Assembly (NCBI GenBank): GCA_013239625.1
Contig: MU053365.1
Span: 560,001-624,000 of the forward strand
Source of the DNA: Lama guanicoe
Taxonomy: Eukaryota
DNA: 64,000 nucleotides
Direction: 5' to 3'
In this document: one piece after another, positions 1-12,780 of the stretch
How the letters are laid out: each line of letters begins with the position of its first letter
Position numbering within the stretch: position 1 is the stretch's first letter
Translations under genes and position numbers: made by a program
The notes under the pieces: generated by a model
The model's input: only the letters and a program-made list of their open reading frames with translations
Told to the model about the DNA's origin: nothing
Database searches by the model: none

Positions 1-2599
1 CTGCCAAGCACCCATACATTTCCAACAAAGATGGAATCAGGAGTTTCATGATCCACAATTAGTGCATCACGATATGACAGAGTGAATCTAATGGAAAAGA
101 ATGAAATTACTCCCAAGGGTCCCTGGAGATTGAGCCAGGCAGCTAGGCTCACTGCTGCTACTGAAAAGACCAGAAGCTTCACCTTGGAAGAAGGAAAAAG
201 GAAATAAGAGACGAGAAACAAGACAAGAGATGAGGAAGAGCAAAGAACACAGTGTGGTAGAGCAATACCACAGAGTAATGACTCCTGGGGCCCCATTAGA
301 AGCCCCAGAACGCTGGCCCACACCTCACCCTGCCTCCCTCAACTGCCAGGATCACTGGAAATGTCACTCTTGTCAAAGAGATTGATTCTGGTGAGGAATT
401 CAGAAACAAATATTTCAAAAGGATCTGTCAATGGGAAGCAAATTTTCCTTTTGAGTACAATCATTCAGAAATAGCAAATCTGAACTTCAAGATGAAATGA
501 CAGGACTGTATCACAACGTCTTTTGACATCTGCATTTCTGAAACTGCCACAAACACTTTTTGTGCATGCCAAACGAATGACTGCATCCTCTGTTTTTATA
601 AGACATGTGTGTGTAGGTACACATACAAAAGGAGATGAAAGGCAGATTTTAAGAATAAAATCACATTCTCAGAAAAAAAACAAAAACCAAAACCAGAAAC
701 CAAACAAAGCCAACAAAATTACGATATGCAATCAACAAAAGAAATAAACATAATTCTTATCATTGCTACCACTAAAGTCGAATTCCTGAACTCACTTCCC
801 ATTCTGATCTTGAACAAACAGGCAAATAAATGTGCATGTCCACAGTTCAATTATTTAAACAACTTATTTTATGGCAAAACCCTGAATTCATCAAAACTGC
901 ATCTTTTAATGCTAATTCTAATTAGAACAAGCATTGCATTTTGTATGCTTTCCAATTATGCATGAGAAAAGTCAGCGTAAGTGTCCTCTCTGATCATAAT
1001 TATCTGTTCCTAATTTCAGTTTTGGCTATGACTTTGCACTCAAGGATGTAAATGTAACTGTTCCTGTCAGATGAAGATTAATTTGATTTAAGCCCTCTTT
1101 GTTCTAATTATATATTCTATTTCTGCTCACTATGCAAGTTTCTTTCTAAGCCACATCTGTATTTTATCACAACAATGGGGAATTTCTTTCGTATTTAAAA
1201 GGCGACCATAAGATTTCTTTTTGGCACCGTTATGACAATTTTCATTAAGCCAGTGCCAAAGGATTTCATATTTCAACTGACTAATCTACAGATTAATGTA
1301 ATTATTATTTGACTATTAAAGCATGAACTTTTCTGCAATGAAGTCTCTAAAAGTTATTGCTCTAATTACTCCCTCCACTCCCAGGAAAACCCTATGGTTG
1401 TGAGTTTTTTCCCTGAGCAAATTCCTTCACTGAGTGACACATTGTGTGCTATGCCTCCAACTGGCACCATGATAGAGACAGTAGTAAAAATAAAAAGGAA
1501 TCACTTGAGAATCAAAGCTATCTATCTGGAGGTCTGGAACCTGAGCATCCCTGTGTTCATCCTCAATTTCCCTGACTAATGTCTTACCTTGCTCCTTTAT
1601 AGACATAATTGGGTTAAAAGAAGTGGAAATCAGCAAATTAGATCTGTAGTGAGTTCTTCTTATTCATTCAAAGTTGAAAGTGTCCTAGGATCCAGCACTA
1701 AATCTGAAGTTGAACACCCAATGAACATGTTTTACACTTATCTCAGAGACCAGGATGTCAGATTTTGGTTTTTACTACCCTGGCAAAGCCCAGGAGGCAA
1801 AATATGCCAAATAATTCAATTCAACATACATTTTTTGAGTTTCCAGCACCCTGCCAAGTACCACAAAAGTCTGTACCAGGAGAATATGGGCAAATCTAGA
1901 TACCTTTAGCCTATATGATGCTCTGAGATTCTCAATGTTAAGAAAGATTTTTGAGAATCACTATTTGTTGTTTTGAGAATGGCCATGGTACATTTATTTG
2001 AAAATAAAGAGAAACTCAGAAAACACGTTCAGAGTTCAAGAAGTAAGTTATCCAGAAAAAGCTTCCCTGGCCTGGGCTGTTGAAGGTCAGTAACTTCATG
2101 CCACATGTAGTTTTAGCTTATATTTTACAAGTTTGATCCTGTTCGGTCACAAACTGTGTGGCAGCTTGTGGAGATAAACATAATATAATGATGTAAAAAA
2201 ATGGAAAGGATAAAGACCGTAGGATTAGGTGAAGATTAAGTAGCCCAAATGCTTTCTACAAAAGTCTAGATCTTACTTCGGGTGAGTCAAGAAGGAAGAG
2301 GTGTTTCCTGGCAACCAGAGCAAAGAGGGGCTCCTAAGAGGCTGTGAGATGCAGAGGCTGCATGAAATGAAAACCGGCCAACTACACGCGAAGGAAGAGC
2401 CCTTTTCCTCGCACGGAGATCTGAGGATGCTCGCTCTTCTGAATCTTCATGATGAGACCCTAAATGACACCATGGCTCCTAAGCAGCACCGGGACGTCAT
2501 AAGAAGTACATTGAGGTCCGTAATTGGCAGAGAAAAGTGCCTGGAGCTCACAAAGTGTAAACTTGAAGACACCTGTATCACTCATTTTCTCAGTCATAT

Positions 2600-2706
2600 A
2601 CTAATTCATTTCATTGTTTGCCATCTATTCAACAAGCATCACTGAGTTCCACTATGCAGCAGGCCCTATGCTGGGCACTGGGGCAACCACAATGCAAAGG
2701 CACAGG
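2600..2706 (-). mobile_element. L2 LINE 3' end fragment
   Basis: attcaacaagcatcactgag...actatg...caggccctatgctgggcactgggg resembles the reverse complement of the L2 3' terminus. Confidence 0.65.
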
Positions 2707-2717
2707 CTTCGTTCACA

Positions 2718-2835
2718 CTCCATGAGGACAGTGACAGTGGCCGCTGTGTTCACTGCTGTGTTCCCAGCATTTAGCACAGAGCCTGGCATAGATCCAGGGC
2801 GCCAAAAATATTTGTTGAAGAAATCAATGAATGAC
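2718..2835 (+). mobile_element. L2 LINE 3' end fragment
   Basis: ctccatgaggacag...tgttcactgctgtgttcccagcatttagcacagagcctggcatag...aaatatttgttgaa...aatgaatga, a typical L2a terminus. Confidence 0.8.
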
Positions 2836-2988
2836 TTTGCCATCTAAAGAGCTAGTGAATCATAGGGAGTTGACCTCACATCAGGGCTTGAACTGAACAG
2901 GAAATAGAGGTAGATTGGATAGTGAATGCTTTCAGTTGAGGAAATAATGGAAGAGGCTTTGGGACTTGATTTTGAAAGACAGCTGAAT

Positions 2989-3444
2989 TCAGCCATAAAA
3001 AAGAATGAAATTATGCCATTTGCTGCAACATGGATGGACCTAGAGAATGTCATACTAGGTGAAGTAAGTCAGACAGAGAAAGACGAATATCATATGACAT
3101 CACTTCTATGTGGAACCTAAAAAAAATTGATACAAATGAACTTATTTATAAACTAGAAATAGACTCACAGACATAGAAAATGAACTCTGGTTACCAAAGG
3201 GGAAAGAGGAGGGGGAGGGATAAATTAGGAATTTGGGATTAATATATACACACTACTACATATAAAATAAACAACAAGGTCCTACTGTACAGCACAGGGA
3301 ACTATATTCAATACCTTGTAATAACCTATAATGGAAAAGAATCTGAAAAACAATATATATGTATGACTGAATCACTATGCTGTACACCTGAAACTAACAC
3401 AACATTGTAAATCAACTCTACTTCAATAAAAATAAATAAATAAA
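2989..3444 (+). mobile_element. 5'-truncated L1 (artiodactyl-type), ORF2 end + 3'UTR + A-rich tail
   Basis: Encodes SAIKKNEIMPFAATWMDLENVILGEVSQTEKD (L1 ORF2 C-terminus); 3'UTR ends cttcaataaa(aata)n; degenerate TSD tgaaagacagctgaat (2973-2988) / tgaaaggcacttgagt (3445-3460). Confidence 0.95.
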
Positions 3445-4154
3445 TGAAAGGCACTTGAGTGGTATGCCCTCATGACCATTCACTCTCTTTCTAATTCCGT
3501 GTCCCCCCACAATGTGCACACACAGGGCTAACTGAAAGTACCACGGCTTTTTCCTCAAATTGCAAAATGCCAAAAAAATAGTTTCAAAGAATAGTTTAAA
3601 ATAATTTTAAAACCCTACAATCTCTAAAATTTCCAAACAGCAAAATATTTCAATTGTCGTCGAAGCTATAACTACCCACACTTTTGCCCGTTACATCACT
3701 CATGGCTGTGGCAACAAATCCCTGAAGTGGTCAGGAGATATCAAGCTATGTTATAGATCGAGTAACTGAGGCCAGAACACAAGGGACACTGTTACCCAAC
3801 TGTAAGACTATGCTTTACATATTCCTTCCGGGGCTGCACAGATGGATGAAGTAACATGGGCAGGCCCTGAAGCCAAAGACTTGCCCTTGAATCTTCTCTT
3901 GGCGAGTAGAGGGGCTTTGGTTCCAGATGTGTAGGCTTGGCTCTGAGTGTCAGGTTAATATTGGCATAATTCTTTCCATTTAACTTTTTAATCTGGTTTG
4001 TTCACTTTTATACACTGTACCAGGTAAAGCTTTCACTTCATAATTCTTGACTTTGTTCCCCCAGTGGAAGCCAGTGTTCCCAACCATAGTGGTTAGATAG
4101 TTCATTATGTTCCCACTGGTGTGTGACACCATGTTATGACATATTAAATCTTTT

Positions 4155-4218
<64 letters not shown>

Positions 4219-4227
4219 GAAAGAAAG
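4155..4227. repeat. Compound microsatellite (TA)7(GA)20 followed by GAAA-like units
   Basis: Read directly from the sequence. Confidence 0.97.
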
Positions 4228-6339
4228 TAAAAAATCCTGAATACTTAGATTCTGAAGAAATGATTCAAAACTTTCCTAAGAGCTGTATATGCTAGTCACG
4301 GTAGTGTACTGGCAAACTATCCAACAATGCCTTGCTCAAGGCACTTTGTCTTCAAGTGTACAAGCAGCCGAAGGATATAAACTCTGGGCGCCCACTCTAC
4401 ATTTCAGAGTATTTCACTCTTTGACACACAGAAAATTTGCAATTTATTTTCAGTGATTTTGCTGCTTCTCAATAATACTAAGAGCTTGCCTCGCACCGTG
4501 CGTAATGCGTTGAGTCAGTCCAGTTGTGTGCACGCACTTGGCACTTGAAGCCTCTCTCCCCGTAGATCCATGACAATGACTGAAGGCTGTCTTTCTTCCT
4601 GAGGAGACACTGAGAGATGCGGCTGAAAGCCTGAAGAAATGTTTGTGAATTCTGTCAGAAAAGAAGGAAGAAAGGTGACATCTCTTCTTCGTTCTTTATG
4701 CTGCTTTCTGTAATCAGGCAGGAGACGGAGGAATTAGAATTCTTCAAAGGAGGCCCAGAAAAACTCCACTTTGGCTCTTTAAACAGCTCTATTCAATGCT
4801 GCTTCACAGGCTTCAAGAGGTGTGTCACTCTTTTAATTCTAAATCCTGGTTTGGGTAGCTTCGAAGCTTGGGTGACTAAGCCCGGCATTGTTAGGTCTCA
4901 GCTTGGGAGTAAGTGGTTTTTCCAATCTGATGAAAATTCCACCTATGGTGTGTCTGAACGAAGGAAATAACAAATGCTTCACTTTCCATGTTTTGTTTTT
5001 AAATTTAAAACGCTATCTGTTATCATGAAAAGGGTAAAATTGGCTTCGGGGCAGATCCGTTTGTTAGAAAAACGAATAAGCCCTTTAGGGTGAATTTTCC
5101 ACTCCCTGCGCGTTCTACCTGAGGCTCAAAGCAAAAACGTCAAGAAACTGTGATAAATACGGGGAGCTTTGCAAGTGCCATTAGTCAGCTGCTTCACACG
5201 GCCTTTCACAAGGTGCCTGAGAAGTTGATGAAATTGCTGGATGCACTCGGCAGGACAATGATTTCTCATCCCGGGCCGAGTGTGGTTTGGGTTTCCCATA
5301 ATCACGGGACATAGGCGCACTGAAGTGAGACACAGGCTCAAGGTCCCTGCAGCGACTTGAATCTATTGATGATGGATACAGAGAGGAGCAGAGGTCCCTC
5401 CATGAACAAAACCATCCCTGGAAGAATGTCATGATCCTTCCATCCTTAGAAGATAACAAAAAATGTCTCCACCCTCTCTCCCCTCTCCTGTGATCTGGAA
5501 TCCACACTGGCTGCGCACACTGTGTTCTGCGAGTACAGTAACATCAGTGGAGAACTATGTCAGAAAATACCACTTTCAGAATCAGTCAGCACGTCTGAGT
5601 ACACGGTGCCCTCGCTGTCACGCTGCGCCCGTTCCTCCTTATCTCGGTAACAATCCTTGAACTCAGTTCACAGTATTTCTTGAAGAGCAAAATCCTTCAT
5701 TCTTTCTGATTTGGGTTTAAATGTGGGTTTCTGTCATCATTCCAAAGAAATAAAATATGGCCCAGAACCCATAATGTCATGCAAATAATTGAGGCCAGTA
5801 TGAAAACTTTTCAAAGCTCTCGAAGTAGAGTGGTTTACAATTTTTAAATATCTTCAAGGATCATGTGAACCAAAGGAAAGATTTTCACAGAAGTGTTGCT
5901 TTCTGTAAGGGCTCCCTCACATGACAAACCCACTGTCTGGCATTTCCAGGATCCAAGTCCAGTGTCTCGGTGACACCAAGAGAAAAAGAGTAAACAGCTG
6001 TCCTGGTTTGCCCAGGACTGCCTGGATTAGCATTGGAAATGCGGGACTGTTGGTCTTCTGACCCGGAACATACCCTCCTTTCCTGGCAGCAGGGGCTGAA
6101 TTACTGGCTGGGCCTGGGCATGGGCGGTAAGAATAAAAAGAGACATGGTGCTCTGATTTTTGAGAGGCGTCTTTCCCACAAAGTTTCCTGAATGACAAAG
6201 ACTCAGCCTTAGATATTGGAACATCTCCAAATGCATCAACAATACTAACAGAGAAGTAAGGGAAAATATTTTGGAACAAACATTCAACAGTTTTGATGCA
6301 TTCGAACTTTCAGAATAGCAAAACTTTCCAAGTGATGCT

Positions 6340-7040
6340 ACCGAGTGTGGTCAATCAAGGAGGGGTACGGGATACTGGCATTCTCTCATCCCGATGGAGG
6401 ATGCTCGAGAACAAGTGTCAGCAGCCTTAAAAATCATGCCCCTGATCCAGTAAGTCCGCCTCTAGAATTTTATCCTAAGGGGAGAAACCCAGACACGCAT
6501 GGACTATGTCAACCCTAAGGCTGTTTATTGAAGTTCTAGTTACAATGTCAAAGAACGGAAACAGTCTTAAATGTTCAACAAAGAGGGGTGGTTAAATCAT
6601 GTTCCATAATATTATATAATGAAGACTTAAAATGAAGTGTTAAAAATTAATGATAAATGAGAATGCTCAAAAAAGGATGAGAGGAGGGTGGCACAGCTCA
6701 GTGGCGGAGCGCATGCTTAGCATGCACAAGGTACTGGGTTCAATCCCCAGCACCTCCATTAAAAAAGTAAATAGTATTAAACATTTTTAAAACTCTGGTT
6801 TAAAAAAACACTGACATCCTACTCCAATTTTTTTTATAAAAGCATGAGAGAAAAATGCATACACAGCACCATTCTGTTTGATAGAGACAAATAACCAGAC
6901 AGAGAGAGAGACCTCACTGAGACGTCTACGGTGGTCACTGTTGGTTGGTAAGTTTATGGGTAATTCTCATGCTATTTCTTCCACTCCTCTGCAGGTTCCC
7001 AATTTTCCACAATTAACTTCTATCACTTTTACTAAACCAA
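6340..7040 (+). mobile_element. Old L1 (L1ME-like) ORF2 end / 3'UTR, interrupted by a SINE
   Basis: cctgatccagtaagtccgcctctagaattttatcctaagg, gtttattgaag...acagtcttaaatgttcaacaaagaggggtggttaaat resemble degenerate L1ME 3' motifs. Confidence 0.7.
6684..6837 (+). mobile_element. tRNA-Ala-derived SINE (camelid vic-1-like), copy 1
   Basis: agctcagtggcggagcgcatgcttagcatgcacaaggtactgggttcaatccccagcacctcca has A box, AGC anticodon arm and B box; possible TSD aaaaggatgagag (6671-6683) / aaaagcatgagag (6838-6850); 3' boundary uncertain. Confidence 0.9.
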
Positions 7041-7261
7041 GTGATTGGAAATGCCTGCCAAAGAATCACCCCAAACAACAAACAAGCAAACCCACAAAAG
7101 CAGTTCTGAAATATCTGAGAAGTACCCCTATGCCATAAGAGTCTACTAGTAACTCTCCTTTTGGGGGCACCTCATAGGAGCCAAGTACCACGTTAGGAGC
7201 GTGGCACAGCAATCTATATTGTTTTCTAATTAATATCGTGTGCGTGCTGCTCTGAAATTTA

Positions 7262-7376
7262 AATATTTATATATAATCATGTATACATTACATGCATATT
7301 ATATACATAAATAGAGGTGTGCATATATACATATATTTAAATATGTGTGTGTGTGTGTGTGTACATGCATGCATAT
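7262..7376. repeat. TA/TG-rich low-complexity tract with short (TG)n
   Basis: Read directly from the sequence. Confidence 0.8.
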
Positions 7377-7379
7377 AAG

Positions 7380-7579
7380 CAGATCAGCAAGCTGTTCCTA
7401 TAAAAGACCAGATAGCATCTATTTTCGGCTTTTCAGGCTACACGGTCTCTGTCACAACTCCTCAACACCACCCTTGTCGCACAAAAGGAATCGTAGACAA
7501 CCAGTAAACGAATGGGCATGGCTGTGTGTTGATAAATCTTTATTTAGAAAAACAAGTGTCTGCAGTGTGTAAACCCCTA
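7380..7579 (+). mobile_element. MER58A-like non-autonomous hAT-Charlie DNA transposon
   Basis: taaaagaccagatagcatctattttcggctt...cggtctctgtcacaactcctcaac...gtaaacgaatgggcatggctgtgt...tttatttagaaaaacaag follows the MER58A consensus as recalled. Confidence 0.88.
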
Positions 7580-8477
7580 TTCTATAGCAAATGGAATTTG
7601 ATCCAGCACTGGCCCCAACCAGAGTTACATCCTGAGGCAAGACTGTTATAGAACAAAATTCCCTAAATACATCAGAATGGAATCTGATGGAACAGGCTTC
7701 TACAGCTTGACCTCTTCATATTATTTCCCCATTTGGAGAACAAGAATTCAGGTCTTCTGGTCCTTTAATTGGACACTACGAACTCTTGTCATGTGGCAGC
7801 TCCCCGACATTTCTGAACAGTCACCCTGACCTGCTTATCATTCAGTCCTTACATTTATGTGTCACAGTTTCGTACATGCCACTTGTTTTCCAAAACTATA
7901 ACTTCCAAGGACACACAAGGTGCAAAGCTGCCACACAAGCCCGCAAAATATTCACTCTGAACCATCTAGATCTAATCATCCAGAGAGTGAGGAAGCTTTC
8001 CCTGCAAAAGATTTGTTTCTTTTATTTTATTTTGAAAAATCAAAACTATACTTTTGGTCATCATGCCTGGGCAGGTTTCACTACTATTCAGACATGGTCA
8101 ATAAAGCCTCAAATTTACTAACATCAAGATAACATAGGGAAATAAGTCAATTCTTGAACTGTCTTCTTTTTTATTTCAGATAACTACGTTGATTGTTCAT
8201 TAATTATAAAGGACACAAATCACCGTGATCACATGAAATGTTCACATTCCAAAGGCATAAAATTCAGAAGGTTCATACTTCACCAGCCAAAAGAAAAGCC
8301 AAATTAACTCTTTCATATGAGATCATCCCAGTCCAAGGTCCACAGCACGATGAGCAGAGACCTTTATTGTATTATCTGCTAACTGGTCTCATCGTCTGCC
8401 AGCCCTAACCGGCTCTGAGCTTTGCAGTTCTATTTCAGTTCTATTTTAATGTTAGCCCATGTAAAATCTAGCTTTTG

Positions 8478-8600
8478 TGCTAAGTACTTTGTATGGTTTA
8501 TTCCATGGGACCATCTAAGTTAGGTGCTATTATTATCCCCATTTTACAGATAATGAAGTTGAGACTCTGGGCAGTTAAACACCTTGCTCATGCTAGTATG
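8478..8600 (-). mobile_element. MIR SINE
   Basis: Core tattattatccccattttacagataatgaagttgagactc. Confidence 0.85.
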
Positions 8601-11600
8601 AGACAGCTCCTGGCTGTAAGTGCAGGCTGTTCCTCTGTCTGCACTGCTTCTCACTATCTGGTACAGGCCCACTCTCTTGCAATATTTTTGTTGGTCCAGC
8701 CCAGTCCATCAAACTTGGAAATAATCACTGATCGTAAACAGGAAAACTAGCCAATGTTTCCATTTCAGCTGTTCTGCTTCACTAATTTTCCTTGAAGGAG
8801 CAAAGGGCTCAGATGATCAATGGCTTGTTTATTTCAGAGAAGGTATTTGGGAGTTCCAAGCAAAATTTAGGAAACATCTCATTTAGGAGACTTGGTAGAC
8901 AGAAGCAGACAGAGAGATAGATATACATGTACAGTGCGTGTGTGTGTGATATTACATATTATTATATACCATATTCTATGATTAATAATATATGATGTAT
9001 AATGATATATATTTTATATATACATATACCCATGAACATGAATATAACTATATACATGGATATTTTACTGTATGATAGTTTAAATGTTATTTAGGAATTT
9101 TGGGTTTTGTTGTTACAAAATTCTAAGTACTTCCTTTACCTAAAGAATAAGAGGCTGTCACTGTGGTACTATGATCTCATTTCAGACTATCTGCACATGT
9201 GGCCGCCTCTGTCTTTTTTGTTTTCTGTTGAAATTTGGCCCATAGAGGCAAAAATCAAACATGTGATTCCAGCTGACTGCAGAACCTGTCACCCATCATC
9301 AGTTTGTGATTTAGTGTAACCTGAACAGGAAGCCCTCTGCTATTTCGCTAAGGAACACATACACCAGGATCCAGAGCTAGAAGGTCAGACCCAAGGCTCT
9401 GATTAAGGTAGACGGAAAAAACGGAAACGTTTTTCTGTAACTAAATACCATAATTAAGCACAGACAAAGCCTTGAACTGCCTCAGCATCACAATGACTGG
9501 AAAACAAAAGTGACAAAAGCAGTTTCAGTCATGATCAAGATAGGGGTAAATATTTAATATGGAAAGAACTGATTGAACATAGGAGTTCCTGGTGTGAGTG
9601 CAGGCAAGACGAGAACCTGATGTCAAGACGGAAAGCGATCAGGACGTTTCAAATATTAATCTATCCCCTGAACTCCTCAACTTGCTCTGACAATTGCACA
9701 AACGTAATTACCCTCCAACCAACATGAAAAACCTCATCTACAAGAGTGAACCCAATTAGCATGTCCATGCCTTCATCAGATTTATCCACAGCCCATAGCG
9801 ATGCCACGGGGGACAGCCCTGTTGTTTATTTCGTTGTAATTCTTTGTCTATTTCTCTTAGTCCTCTTAATAGATCATGAGCTTCTGGGGGTTGAGGGGAG
9901 TAGGGGTTAAATATTATTCCTCTTGTATTCCTTAACGGTACATTTAAATTGAACAGTCTCAACAGGAAAGAAAAGTACCTCTACTCACAAGAAGTTACCG
10001 TTTTTCAGCACTTTACACAGTCCTTTCAACAATGGCTAATTGTTCCTTCTTCAACAATGTATAATCAATACACGAACGCTGAATGGACTCCCTAACAGGG
10101 CTCTAGCCCCGCTGGTGCTGGGAAAGGAAATGGGGGGAGGGGCAGAGCAGGAAGAAGGGTCAGAGTTGACTCATTCCATTAGTTGGCATCAAGAAAGGTC
10201 AGCTGTTTGGATCCATTCTGGGAGCCCATAAACAGCCCTTAGATCCTCAAGGCAAATAAATCTTCCTCTTCACCTTTTTCCACCACCACAATCATTGACA
10301 TTTTGTGATTTCTGGTCTCTTTCGAGACAAAGCTGATTTTTTAAGGGAGTTTTTTTCCTTGAAGGGGAGGGAAGGTTCAAAACCCAGAAAATAAGAAGAC
10401 CAAGAGTATTCTGGTCCCCAGACTTTTCTCATTAAACTCCTCGTGAGGTCTTCAGGGGTTTTGATATTATAATGGCTATTTCTGAAGAATGGGTACACAC
10501 ATGAGGGCAATTCTAAGGTCAAAGGCATGATCCTGATGATCGTTGGTACAGGGAAATTTATTAAGAGGACAAAAAAGGCTATCAGGTCACAGTTCCCAGA
10601 AAAAACAAATAATTTTTAGAGCTGCAGAAAACCAAATTAATCCCCCAAAGTTCCTCAGGATTCTAAGAAGCCAAACACAATTATTGGTAATTAAATGTTG
10701 AATTAATGCTTATTACAGTTAGCTTATTCAATTAATACAGATACAAAGTCTGAACAGCATGGTTGCTCGTATGTGTTACACACTGTAGGCGGCATCACGA
10801 GGTCCCGTACAGTCAGTGTGTACTGTACATCAGTGCTCTTTTAATAGGAACTGGAACACAACTTTACTAGGTTCGGTGATTCGGGAAGCTTATAGTTGTG
10901 CATTTGCTTTCCTGGTCTACACCTGATTGTAGCTGATTTACTGAACGGAAAGATCTTGATCAGAAACAAAAGCCCACTATCACATTATTCTTTTCAGGTG
11001 CAAAAAAAGAGTTTGCTTAAATATAGGAAAATTTTGGAGTTTGTATTATGTCCATCTTAGCTGCACACATTTAGGACGATTGGGAGATAATGATTTTTCC
11101 AGAAAGAGTGGGAGAGATGTTCGGAAGTCTAAGTGGCAGAATGGTGGTTTCCATGGAATTTAGAGCTAAACTGAAAGAATACAGACCCCATATGCTGTCT
11201 TCTGTCAGTGATTTAGGAAGAATTTTTCAGTTCCGGGCATTGGATAGACTCTCAGAGTCCACAAGTCGTCCCAGTCATAATCAATAGTGACAAGAGGCCC
11301 TGCTGCCACTCGGTAAAATGCAGGCTACACATTAGAGCTGCAGGAGGCCAAACCAGAAAGCGTGGTGTCTTCCCTCGAAAGACACAATCCTGATGTTTTG
11401 CCAACCGAAGAAATCGGAAAAGCTATCACAAGAAAAATATGTTAGACTAAGTTTAATGAGATAAATGAAGATGCACTAAAGCATATAAGCCCAGATGTGT
11501 GTGTCACAAAATCAGCTGGGCCACGTTCCTGGGAGGTTGCCGCATAGGTCCATCTACGCCATTGCCTCAGAACTTTCCTCCAGCGATATATAACTGTGCA

Positions 11601-12644
11601 TAAAATTTACCCCACGGTGTATGATTTTCTAAGCAAAAACACAAACTTAAAAATAGCTGCAGAACTATCGGAGCAGTTACAATTCACAGATTCTTTTGAA
11701 GAATTTAAACTAGCATTATCAACACCCGGGGGCAGCTATTTTTGTAAAACAAGAAATAAAGAACATCTTTCATGACTTCCAAAAAAAAAAAAACAGATTA
11801 TGCATACTATAAAAATGTGGACTTGAGTGATTCTGGTATGGTTTCATTTCATTTAATCCTATTTCCTCCCCTACAGACAAACAGCTATGTCACCACAACA
11901 TTCCCAAGGTCTTAGCGCTGAAAAAGGAGAAGTGAGCCTTACAAATGGCTGCTCCAGTTCCCCCGATGCTGGCCTTTGCATCTGGGCACCGGGGATGAGG
12001 TGTCCTGGGAAAGGAGGAGCATCAGCTGCAACGTGACTCTGGGAGGAAAAAGGGGATTTGAATGTTGTTAAAATGTACAGTTTTTAAGAAATGGAGTCGA
12101 TGTCTACAAATCCTCTTCTCAATGAACAAATCATTGAGAGTTCTTGGCAGAATGTCAAATGCTGCATTTAAGAAGACAATTAAAACAGTATAATGCAAAA
12201 GCTATAATTAGAAACATATCTATGCCAGCAATATGCTATTTTTCTTCTACGCAGTTAAAAGAAAAACGGGAATTTCTGCCAACGTTCATTAGGGTCTTCA
12301 CCAGATAATGTTGCCTTATGGAGGAGATGGTTTCAGCTGCCACAAAGGTTAAATTAAAAAACAGCAAATGCCCCGAAAGGGATACGTTCTTACATCACTA
12401 CTTAGATTTTCACATAACATAATTAAATCAGGGACGTGCTGTGGCTCGTTCAATACTAATGTGACCATGACATTCTCTCACTTGAAATCCAATTTTTTTT
12501 TAATTGGAATGCTATTCAGGAATAAAACTAGATGTGCAAACTCCATAGTTGGATTATTAACGAGTTGTTTGATTCCCCGGTGGTTTGACTAAATTGCCCC
12601 CCTTCAGCCTGCCTTCCTCCCTCCCTCTCCCCCCGCCCTCCCTT

Positions 12645-12780
12645 CCTCTTTTCCATCTGTCTATAAACACTGAGGGAGCTCATCCCCGGTTCAAGGCATC
12701 ATGCTGAGCAGTGGACACACAGAGGTCGGTGGACAGTCTAGGATAAAGACAAGCACTCACAAAGTTCACATAATAAGTTG
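12645..12780 (-). mobile_element. L2 3' fragment
   Basis: aaacactgagggagctcatc...caaggcatcatgctgagcagtggacacacagagg. Confidence 0.55.

Noticed and set aside
5995..6020. hAT-Blackjack (MER81/MER94)-like terminus cagctgtcctggtttgcccaggactg
   Set aside because: Too short, and I could not find a partner terminus or TSD.
10755..10840. Hairpin tacacactg...cagtgtgta as a pre-miRNA
   Set aside because: Only a 9-bp perfect stem with irregular extension and no resemblance to a miRNA I recognise.
11722..11735. CTCF-like site acacccgggggcag (similar partial matches near 40290 and 52024)
   Set aside because: Each misses conserved core positions, and such matches are expected by chance in 64 kb.
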